This document shows positions 25,510 to 37,500 of a stretch of DNA of 64,000 nucleotides, in pieces. The position numbers were made by a program, and so were the translations under genes. Numbering within the stretch: position 1 is the stretch's first letter; every line of letters begins with the position of its first letter. Source of the DNA: Octopus sinensis (lineage: Eukaryota); contig NC_043014.1 of NCBI RefSeq assembly GCF_006345805.1, positions 39,680,001 through 39,744,000 on the forward strand. The letters run 5' to 3'. The notes below the pieces were generated by a model that saw only the letters and a list, made by a program, of their open reading frames with translations, ran no database searches and was not told the DNA's origin.

Positions 25510-28500
25510 GTATAAAGAGTTTCCATCAGCCAAATACCCTCTCAAGATATTCATCAACCCGCAAAAGTTAAAATATTCAAACTGTCATTTGATAAACAGA
25601 GAGACATCAAGTAAATATCAGACTCAAATCAATACTTGGTCTTATAGGATCGACTAAAACTTTGAAGGCCATGTCCCAGTATGAAAAGTGTGTAAATGTA
25701 AGGACAAGCAAATTAGGCAAGTTGATATACACAGAATATTAAATACATTTAATATTCATTAAATACATTAATATATTAATATTTTACTGAAACCTGTAAC
25801 TAACAATGCTATTGTCCCTCAAATACAATATAAAATAAAAATAATGGGGAGTAAGTTTCCAATACATGAATATTACCTGATTTCTTACAACTGTGTGGAT
25901 TTTTTTTCCTTCTAGCATTAAGTGTGTAGAATTTACGACAACCAGTGCAACATGGCACACCCAAAAATGGGAAGACTCCAATCTTGTCTCCACATATAGC
26001 ACACATCTTTCTTGATCTCTTCAAAGCACCTTCTTTCGCCGAAGAACAATCTTCATCATCTTGACTTACTGATGACAATGCTACATTCTCAAAAGGTACT
26101 GTACTTCCACCAGGACTTAATGGATTTGCAGTACTACCTACAATAAAAAATAAAACAATTAATTTGAAGCATCAACAAAGAAAATTTCAATTATAGCACA
26201 AATCTAAAAGCTTTTTCGCTTTTTAATGAAGGCTCTTTATCCAAACTAAATGTAACTCTTTTAATATAACTGAAGCAATGAATAATAATAACATTGGTGA
26301 CAAATTTTAGCACAAGGCCAGTAATTTCATGGTGAGGAGTTGAGTTGATTACAACAACCCCAGTAATCAACTGGTACTTATTTTATCAAACCCAAAAGGA
26401 TGAAAGGCAAAAGTCAACCTCAGCGGAAATTGCACTCAGAACGTAGAGATGGACAAAATGTCAATAAGCATCTTGTCCAGCATGCTAATGATTCTGCCAG
26501 CTTTCCACCTTAAAGAATAATAATAATAATAGTAGTTTCAAATTTTGGCACAAGGCCAGCTATTGGGAGGAGGGGGGGGCTAAGTTGATTACATCAACCC
26601 AGTGCTCAACTAGTCCTTATTTTATTGATACTGAAACAATAAAAGTCGACATTGGCAGTATTTGAACTCAGATCATAAAGACAGACGAAATGCAACTAAG
26701 CATTTTGGCCGGCATGCTAACATTTCTGCCAGCTCACCACCTCAATTTCTCAAAAATATTACAGCACACAACAAACAGAAATTACAAAAAAAGTGACTTT
26801 TAAAGTGGAGTTCCATTAGAATAAGGTGGGTTTGGCCTGCTTGCTTAACAAGTAATAGAATTTATTGCGTTATTACAATTTGAAGCATTATAGAAATTAT
26901 GGTTAAAATATGAATAAAGAAAATGAACAGCTAGAAATCTAAGTTAAAAGAACAGCAGCTTCAACTCTGTATTAGTCACATTACACACTGCTAAAGAGAA
27001 AAAAAAACTGATAGCTTATCCAAACTATATACATCTTTCTCTATGGAAATACAATGTTTCTAGCAGAATGATAACCAAATATATAACAGAGTGTATGAAA
27101 TAAAAGACTGGTTTTATGATACCTCCCTACTGTATTTTCCAGTATACAAATCAAGTTTTTCAGACCAAAATACACAGCCCAAAAGGGTAAGTTAACTTAC
27201 ACACCAAGACAACTTTGGAAAACCAAAAATTCCATGTGAAATGCTGTAGGATTTGGAAAGATAGTAAAGGTGCTTGAACGTTGACTTGAATGCCAGAAAA
27301 TATGGTAAGAGGTAATAAAATCAATAAACTGTATTTTACAATGAGTTCAGAAGGTAATGGGCAATCAGCTGAGACACTGATGGTGCATATCCTGTCAGTA
27401 GCTCTGTATTGTAACTCTAAACAACTAACTACACACTAAAAGATACCACAATTTGATTCAACAAACACATTTGTTTTGATAAATTACTACGCTTCAAACA
27501 ATTTATTTTTTTGTTCATCATTATTGTAATATAATCAACATGTGAAGGCGCATGGCGCAGTAGTTAGAGCAACGGGCTCAGTCATGAGGTACTGAGTCTG
27601 ATTCTCAGATTGGGCTGTCTGTTGTGGTCTTGAGCAAGACATTCTATTTCACATTGCTCCAGTTCACTCAGGTGTAGAAATGAGTTGTGACGGCACGAGG
27701 AGGGGAGGCTGGTATGGAAGACAGCTGGTCTTCCATAAACAACCTTGCCCAGACTTGTGCCTTAGAGGATAACTCTCTAGATGCAATCAAGTGGTCATTC
27801 ATGACCAAAGGAGGTCTTAAACCATTACCATTATCAACATACATTGTATTGGAATTCAGAAACCTTTGTTTCACATAAATACTCCATCACTCTTATCCTG
27901 TCTTTTTGGAATAAAACATTTGACAATTTAGATTGCATTTAAACATATTTTTTATAGTAGCAGGCATATTAGCTGTCAATGTGCATGGATTAGTGGTTAA
28001 GGTATTGTACTAATGATCTTATGATTGTGGTTTCAATTCTTGGGCCAGATGGAACATTTTGTTCTTGAGCAAAAATTCTCAATTCTATATTTTTCCAATC
28101 CATTAAGCTGTAAATGAGTTCCAGCATTTAACTGGAAAGTTAATTCTGACAGAATGGCATCTCATTTAGAGGAATTATTGTAATCTAGTCGTTTATACAC
28201 CTTGGAAACTGGGTCAAGTTAAGTTTCAGCATTATGAATCCTGGGGCTCATGTCAGATATAAGTCATATTAGCTAAACCCAGAATTAAATTTCATAATTA
28301 GAGTTTCAATTAACATAATATGTGGTGAATATAGACAAGAAAACAGTGCTCAAATATAAACACATTTTCCAAATATTTCAGAAGTTAAGAAATGAAAGCT
28401 GTATGAACAAGTATGTCTGTGTGTTTGTCTCTCATCACTGCTTGACAACAAATTTGGGAGTGTTTACATCTCCATAACTTGGTGGCTTGATTAAAAAAAA

Positions 28501-31500
28501 AAAAAAAGAGAGAGACTGATAGAATAAGTGCCTGGCTTAGAAAAATATACTGAGGTCGATTGATTCAACTAAAGACTCTGCAATGCAGTGCCCCAGAATG
28601 GCCACAGTCTAATGACTGAAACAAGTAAAAAAAGTAATAACCCACCCCCATCAGATAAGTCACAAACCTTCAGGAAGCTCTAGGCAGAGATGAAACAGAA
28701 AAGGCAAAACATGTGAAAATGAAAACATATGTGCCACTATGAGATAGAGAATTCTATTATATGGACAAAGAATCAGTAGAAACAAAGGAAAATATAAGAA
28801 ACAGTACTTAAAGCACTGAGAACACAATCAATGTGAGAGATTTAGAACTAAATTTGGTCCTAACCACCTGCCTTCACAAAACCTGGCCTCAAACAGAATC
28901 TAAATTGATAAACATGGTTGTGTGGTTAAGAAGCTCACTTTGCAACCATGCTCAGTCCTAAAGCACAGCTCCCTGGGCAATGTCATCTATTACAGCCCCA
29001 GGCCAACAAATCCTTGTGAGTGAATTTAGCACACAGAAACTGTATGAAAGCCTCTGCTTGTCTCTCTCTCCCTGTGTGTGTTTTTGTTTGTTGTTTACAT
29101 GTCCATAACTTAACATTCAGCAAATGACTATCAGAAAAAGTACCAGGCATAAATCCTGAGCTTATTAACATAATAGATCGGGTTATGTCTCAAGATTTGC
29201 TCCATCACTACTAATTCATCTAAGAACTGTAGGCTTGCTGATACATTTAATGCCTAATGTTCCCATTAATTTTCCTATATTCACCATTTGGTCCTATTTC
29301 AAACTTTATTTGTTATCACTGAATGGAGAACGCTTCATCATTTAACATCCGCTTTCCCAAACTTGCATGTGTCAGATGAATTTGTTGAAGCAAGATTTTC
29401 TACACCTTGATGCCCTTCCTCTTGTCAACCCTCACCTGTTTCTAAACAAGGTAATACATGTTTTCCACAAAAGACTATGAATGTTGCTTGTATATGGCAG
29501 TGATGCTCATTTACAACCACCACATTGAGACAACAGTACCAACACACATTCATGTGTATGTGTGGGTGTACACACACAAACACACACAAATGATAGGTTT
29601 CTTTTAATTGCAGTCAAATGAATTCACTTACAAGGACCTTTTGGTTAGCCTGGGGCAATAATAGAAAACACTGTCCAAGGTGCTGCACAGTGAGAGAGCA
29701 CTCAAGATTTCGTGGTTGGAATCATGCCTGCAGCTTATTTTTCAAAAATTACAAATTTATAATTAATTTGTTATATTATAGGCGCATGAGTGGCTGTGTG
29801 GTAAGTAGCTTGCCTACCAACCACATGGTTCCGGGTTCAGTCCCACTGCGTGGCACCTTGGGCAAGTGTCTTCTACTATAGCCTCGGGCCGACCAAGGCC
29901 TTGTGAGTGGATTTGGTAGATGGAAACTGAAAGAAGCCCGTCGTATATATGTATATATATGTGCGTGTATGTTTGTGTGTCTGTGTCTGTCCCCCTAGTA
30001 TTGCTTGACAACCGATGCTGGTGTGTTTATGTCCCCGTCACTTAGCGGTTTGGCAAAAAGAGACCGATAGAATAAGTACTGGGCTAACAAAGAATAAGTC
30101 CCGGGGTCGAGTTGCTCAACTAAAGGCGGTGCTTCAGCATGGCCGCAGTCAAATGACTGAAACAAGTAAAAGAGTAAGAGTAACTTCATTTTTCCTGAAT
30201 GTACAAAACCACACCTGCTACATTTACAAGAACCCTTTTGATCATCCTGCATAATCCTTTTACAAAGAAGGGGGGGGGGCAAAATATTTTCTTTTTAATA
30301 AACATGAACTTGCTAAAATAATTTTAATAATTTGCAATTATTAAAAATTATCCTTCATCAAACTTAACTCTTTTTCCTATTCCCCATGCCCCTGGACAAA
30401 CAAGTTAAATGCAATATAAGCAGTTCAATGCTTATTAATAAACTTTATTAACCCTTTCGTTACCAACCCGGCTGAAACCGGCTCTGAGTACAAATGTCTT
30501 GTTTTCGTAAGTTTTGAATTAAAATCTTCCATCAAACCTTAGTCACAATTTAAGTTCCTAACTCTAGCTAAATGATAACTAAGTTATTTTACTAAATTCT
30601 TTGTTATATCTAAAGTAATTGAAAGAAACACAGAGCATCTCAAAATAAATACAGTCACGAAAGGGTTAATAAAGTTTCAGAAAATTTGCCAAAACTGTGA
30701 GAACTTTAGGAAAACATCATTTTTAATAATTAAAGTGTAAATCAACATAGAACTAACCAGCTTCACTAAACTAAAATATTAACCCTTTTGTTACCATATT
30801 TCTGTTGAGATGCTCCGTGTTTCTTTTAACTAATTTTTAATATATAACAAAGAATTTAGTAAAATAACTTAGTTATCATTAAGCTAGTATTAGGAACATA
30901 AATTGTGACTAAGGTTTGGTGGAAGATTTTAATTCAGAACTTTTGAAAAGAAGATATTTGTACTACAGAGCCACAGACAGTTTCAGGCAGGTATGTACCA
31001 AAAGGGTTAGATTTCATCAAGTCAGGTAAAACAGCTATTACTATTACTATTACTACTACTACTACACACAAGAGCAGCTTAGCTTTAGATATAAATATAC
31101 ACAAGGTATGTGCTAATTTTAACATTAGATCACATTTAATTCTGCCAGAAGATTTATTACACCTCACTGATGAAGAAAATATTAATGGCAAGCAATACAA
31201 CAGACTGTTCATTTGTAGCAGTAGATTGATCATTTTTTTTAATATATATATATATTACTCTTACTCTTTTACTTGTTTCAGACATTTGACTGTGGCCATG
31301 CTGGAGCACCGCCTTTAGTCGAGCAAATCGACCCCAGGAATTATTCTACATAAGCCTAGTACTTATTCTATCAGTCTCTTTTGCCGGGCCGCTAAGTTAC
31401 GAGGACATAAACACACCACCATCGGTTGTGAAGCGATGTTGGGGGGACAAACACATATATACATATATACGACGGGCTTCTTTCAGTCTACCAAATCCAC

Positions 31501-34500
31501 TCACAAAGCTTTGGTCGGCACGAGGCTATAGTATAAGAGACCTGCCCAAGGTGCCACGCAGTGGGACTGAACCCAGAACCATGTAGTTGGTAAGCAAGCT
31601 AATTACCACACAGCCACTCCTGCGCCTATGTTAAGATCACATTAACATAAACATATAATGTGTGTATTGTCAAATCCAATTTTTCACAGCATTTATGAAG
31701 CTGCAGTTAAAAAGAGACATCTTGAGAAATGTTAGACGTAATGTCATTTCCCTCAAGTCAACTGTGAAATTTTATGTCATGGTTATTCCACTAATGATAT
31801 TAAATATCTGCCAAAAAGTAAAATTGGTATTTTCTACAAGGTCACATTGCCTCAATAGACTTAACATACCCCACCTCCAAAAAAAAAATATACAGTAATC
31901 ATTCGCCATTTCACGGTTCACCTATCATGCACTCAGTACACTGCAGATGTTTCTGGCTAATATATGTAAATTTATATCATGGACTCCTCAGTATATCGCA
32001 GGTTTCTGTAGGTAATAGGTATTTATATTCTTTTAGATTTTAATTATTTCTGTGGTAAAATAGGTGTAGGAGTGGCTGGCTGTGTGGTAAGTAGCTTGCT
32101 TACAAACCACATGGTTCTGGGTTCAGTCCCACTGCGTGGCACCTTGGGAAAGTGTCTTCTACTATAGCCTCAGGCCGACCAAAGCCTTGTGAGTAGATTT
32201 GGTAGACGGAAACTGAAAGAAGCCCGTCATATATATGTGTGTGTGTTTGTGTGTCTGTGTTTGTCCCCCCAACATCGCTTGACAACCGATGGTGGTGTGT
32301 TTACGTCCCCCGTAACTTAGCAGTTCGGCAAAAGAGACCGATAGAATAAGTACCAGGCTTACAAAGAATAAGTCCTGGGGTCAATTTACTCGACTAAAGG
32401 CGGTGCTCCAGCATGGCCACAGTCAAATTACTGAAACAAGTAAAAGAGTAAAATAAACATTTTCACACCTAAAAATTAATAAATGAAAATACAGTACAGT
32501 ACTGTATAACACATTAATTAAAATATATTTCTAAAAAATTTGTAGAGTACCGTAGATGAGTAAACAAAGACTCGTACATACTCTATGGAAAACGAAAGTC
32601 AGGTGAGTGTGTGATGCTGTTTTGCATTTATAATAAAATAAATATATACAAATTATAAAAATAATAAAAAAATATACAGTACAGTGCTGATTCTACTTTG
32701 CAGATTTTCACTTATTGCGGTGGGGTTTTGGAACATAATACCCACGATAGTCGAGGGATTACTGAACATATATTTCTAAACATGACATTCAACAAAAAAT
32801 AGATTGGTATATAAAGCTACTTTCTATAGTTAAGGTAATGAAATATTGAGTGGATGGGTTAAAAACAAATCAGACACAACATCACACCCTCTATTACTTA
32901 CACAACAGGCATTTCAAAAGTTAACTACTGTATTTACTTGTATATAAGTCGCACTTCTAATTTAGAGATAAATCTGAGTTCAAATTTTTTTCTCTTCACA
33001 GTTTTTGCATTGTCCTGAGTGTAAGTCACACCCAGGTTTCATCATCATTTAACGTCCGCTTTCCATGCTAGCATGGGTTGGACGAATGACTGAGGGCTGG
33101 CGAACCAGAAGGCTGCACCAGGCTTCAATCTTGATCTGGCAGAGTTTCTACAGCTGGATGCCCTTCCTAATGCCAACCACTCCGAGAGTGTAGTGGGTGC
33201 TTTTTTAAAATCAAAAATAATATAGTGTGATTTATACATGAGTAAATACAATAGATTCTTTATTTTATTTAAGTTACAATATCACACTGCTCAAAATGCA
33301 CAATAAATAACAAAATATAAAATCAGAATACTGGCCTTCTATTTTTACTGCTGTTTGTTTGGGGCTACCATGTACATCTATCAAGCCTCTACTTAAAACC
33401 GATAGAGATGATAAAGGAAGAGGACTTGTAGCAGATGTTTGTTTGAGTTTTTGCTCTTGTGCACGGAGTTTCTTTTTTTCCAACCTTTCTTCGTGGCGCA
33501 TTTTAGCACGCAAAGATCTAGCAAGAGCTGCTTTTGACCTATTCAACGCGGCCCAATTCAATTGAAACTTTGCCTTGCGCAAAATGTTGTTTCCACTTCG
33601 TCGAGTAGCATCGACGTCTTTTTCAACTGGTTCGACCATTTTTTGTTTCTCATTTGGACTAACAAATGATCCTCCGCAGCCAGTGGGGCTGAAGAGTTCT
33701 AATTTGGGGCAAAATGGACTTGTTGGGAGGGTGGGCAAACTTTGTTCAATTTGTGGTAGACTAGGCTTGTTTTCCATTTCACTAGTCTCGTTTCCAAAGG
33801 AACTATTCCTCTCGTCATTATCGTCTTGACTAAAATTATCACTATCTAGATTCTTTTTAGTCTCTTCTTCTTCACCTTCAATTTTACGCAAATCTACACG
33901 TTTAGTTTCTCGGACACCAAATATTTCTTCTGACTGTTTAAGTCTCATACGTAAACTTGGTTTCCGTTGTCGTTTTCCCTCAACAATAAGAGGCATATCA
34001 TAAAGTCCTATCTTTCCACTTTCTGTTGAGGTGTAACCTTTTTCACCAGGAGTATTCAAACCTCTTAATTCCAGCCCAGAACCAAGCATCCCAGTGATTC
34101 TAACTGAAGAACCTTCATTTATATCTTGTTCAGATAAAGCTGGACCAGTTAGAGATGTTTCATTTAAAGGTGTGTGTAATATTCCAGACTTACAGTCCCT
34201 TTTCGCATCTGTACACTCCGAATGTAATCCTAATTGAGAATATGTAGGCGCAAGGGGAAGGGAGTCCATTTTTGAACCACCACCCCGCCTACGAGTTTTT
34301 TTAGACAAGTCTGAATTGAGAGATTCACTAGACTTCAAAGGAGCTGTTTGATCAGAACTAGCATAATGAAAAGGTATAAATCCTTTCGAATTGGTTTTGT
34401 CTTTTCCAAATGTACCTACATCTTTTCCAAGATGAAGGTTGGATGATGTAATTGTCTTTGTAGCTGTTGAAACAGCTAAATTTCTTGAATTTTTACGCCA

Positions 34501-37500
34501 AGTCTTTTTTGTAGAATTTTCAGCATGTAATCCAGAATTACCAGAAATTAATTGGACATGTTTTTGCCCCTGGTTACTTTTGCGGCGAGTGGTAGGGTTA
34601 ATTACATTACTACTACATTCTGTCGATGGAGCAGATTTTTGTGAAGCTTCACCACTATCTTTCCACTTCTGGTTATCAACTTCTAATGGTAACAGATTAG
34701 CCTCAGCAGCTGGACAACTATTATCAGAAAACCATGAGGCTGAGTGAGAATCTACTTTATGAGACTTACTAAACATAATCTGATAGCCATCATCATCTAA
34801 AAAGCGTTTATTCGGTTTAATGACTCTAGAAGAACGGGAACTTTTAGTTGGTAGGATAAAGCGTTTTCGATGGTAACCAGGAGCAGCAGTCACATCTACG
34901 TGGCCATCTTTAGAAAAAGATTCATGTCCTTTACGTGCTTTCAGTAATAGCTGCTTTGCTAGTTGTTTTCCCAAACGTTTGGATTTTGAATGAGGAATAA
35001 CTGATAATTTATGGCCACTTGCAACAGTTTTGCAAACTGCCGAAGCATTGTGTTTTTGAGAAGAGTCACATATATTCTTTGAGTTATCAACTGACAACTT
35101 AGCAAGTTTCTTTTCTTTTACAGTATGAACATAAAGAGATGGTCGTCCACGACCACGAACAATTTTAGCTTGCTTGCCATCAGGTTCCAACCGGATTTTT
35201 ATATTTTTGAGCTTTGCTGTAGCAACCTTTTCGGTTGCTGTATATACACTTTGTACAGTTCTGCTCGAATGAAAGCAAGATTTATTATTTATTCCTTTTT
35301 TTATACAAGGTACAGCCGAAGCCATCTTTTTACGAAGTCTTTGGCGCCGAGTTTTGCTTGCACCATGTCCATGGCAACTTGCCAAGGGAATTGAACTACT
35401 ATTGTTTGAAGTTTCTGGACTGTCCTGTTCATTTCTGAAATTTGATAGCATAGCTGTGTATTTTTTTGTACTTGCACGAACATCTTGCAATGTGAAACCT
35501 TCAAATTCTTCATCCTGCAAATAGAAATTAGTACAATTAATTTTCTTTTATAATCTGTGAATTGCAAATAATAAATTTACATTAAGTCAAGACCTCCTTA
35601 AAATGAGAATGTTAGAAACTTAGTGTCAAATAAGTACGCTGTTTTTAGCCACCAAAAATTGGATGACATGACCGTAAAGCTTTGGTAACAACCAGAAGTT
35701 GAAGTTAAATATGTATTCCATTCTAACCTCAAACATTTTAACACTGTAGCTTATTATACCAAAGTTTACTATTGAAATTGCCTTGAAACTGACAAAATAC
35801 AATTAGGCATTATATAATCCATATTGTATTTAAGTGAAACATGAGTAAAAATTTGCAAACTAATTTATGGTAAAATTTCATATTATTCGAAGTGGTTGAT
35901 AATCATAATTAGAGAATCTAAAAATAAAATAAGACTGAATATACATTTAGTTAAAAAAACTAGATTTTTAAATAACACTTATGTGTATACTTTTTGTTAC
36001 AACTATTGCTTTGATTAACTTTCAATTTCTTTTTAATATAAATTACAGTAAAACTGAAAGAATAAACTCTTGAGTTAGAGACAAACAGAACTGAACAGGA
36101 ATTTGAAAAAAAAAAAGAAAAATGGAAAGTGGTATTTGTGTATCAAAGTATTAATATGTATCCTATATATAAAACAAAGCAATTTACATAAAAATGGAGT
36201 TATTGCAAAACTTGTGAAGCTAATGTCAAATGAACGTTTAAATAACCTAAACAATGGTCTAAGAAATATAAAGGCTCAAAGACTTTTTCAAATAATTCAG
36301 TTTCACCTGTACCAAAAAATATAAGAAATAGTTTTTATTAACCAGCAAAGGATTTGTTTTGTCCCATATCTAAATCTTAATTCAGAATGTGTTACTTTTT
36401 TTTTTCTCATTAAAAGACTGTCTTAATAAAATGAAAAATTATGCAATTTAATATCTGTAAAATCAAATTACATGTGTATGATATTAAATTACACAATTTA
36501 ACTTCAATACAATATCAAATTACAACATTAATAATCGATATTATTCTAGAGTACAAAAATATATTTATATGTAAATTTAACAAATATTTAGGCATTGGAT
36601 AAGAAGTTATTCTTCTTTAGTGATATGACAATTTAAGTCAATTCAATAAACAAAAATAACTATCACATCATATATGCCGTATTTCCTAACCAACAAAGCA
36701 AAAAAATAAGTCAGTATTAATACACTAAGTGGCAGAAATATTGTGTACATCATCAGTTTATAAAAACATCCAGTATTAATAACTGATACACAATACCACT
36801 TATAAGACAATTGTTGACTAAAATATTTTCACATTGTGAAACTTATTAAGGTTTTCTGTGAAAATCCATTTAATTTATTGAAAGTTTTTTTTTTTTTTAA
36901 GTAATTAACTTAAAACAAATGGAAGGTTCTCATCATATAGCAATAGTTAAATCCTGAAAGCTGTAGAAAAGAGCAGTTTTAACTGGCAAGGGATTAGATT
37001 TTACAAGATACTAACCAATTAAAAAAAATTTTTTCGGCAATATTTTGGTTTAACCTAAAATATAACCAGAATGAAGTCATATAATGAATCAAATAAAATA
37101 TGCAAGAAAAGATTTTGAAAAATCATTTCATGTTAATTCATTTAAGCTCAGATTTTAGGGAAATAGAGGGAGAGGAGGGGAAGGCACCAAAGGGAGATTA
37201 TTCTTGAAAGTTAAATAATGGTAATGCTTTTTTTTTTCTTCTAAATAATTTATATTTTGATTTACTTGCATATTCAATGAATTTTAAATATTCTACTGAA
37301 AATTTAATGGTACAATTATCAGTAGTACAAATATTAAAGGTTACAATTATTGAAAATTTAAATATCATTTACTAATTAATAAAATATAACCGAACTGCTT
37401 TAATTATAAAAAAAAAACTTTAGAAACATTTATTATAGAATAATCAAGTGCAAATTAAAGAAGATAAAAAAACTCCTCGGTTCTAAAATGTAGTCAAAAT

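Noticed and set aside
25809-26078. Stand-alone nuclear receptor gene
   Set aside because: The C4 finger exons splice in phase into the trx CDS on both sides, and no ligand-binding domain is present.
33330-33331. Canonical GT donor CCA|GTATTC for exon 2
   Set aside because: It is phase 2, incompatible with the phase-1 acceptor of exon 3, and a poorer consensus match than the GC site.
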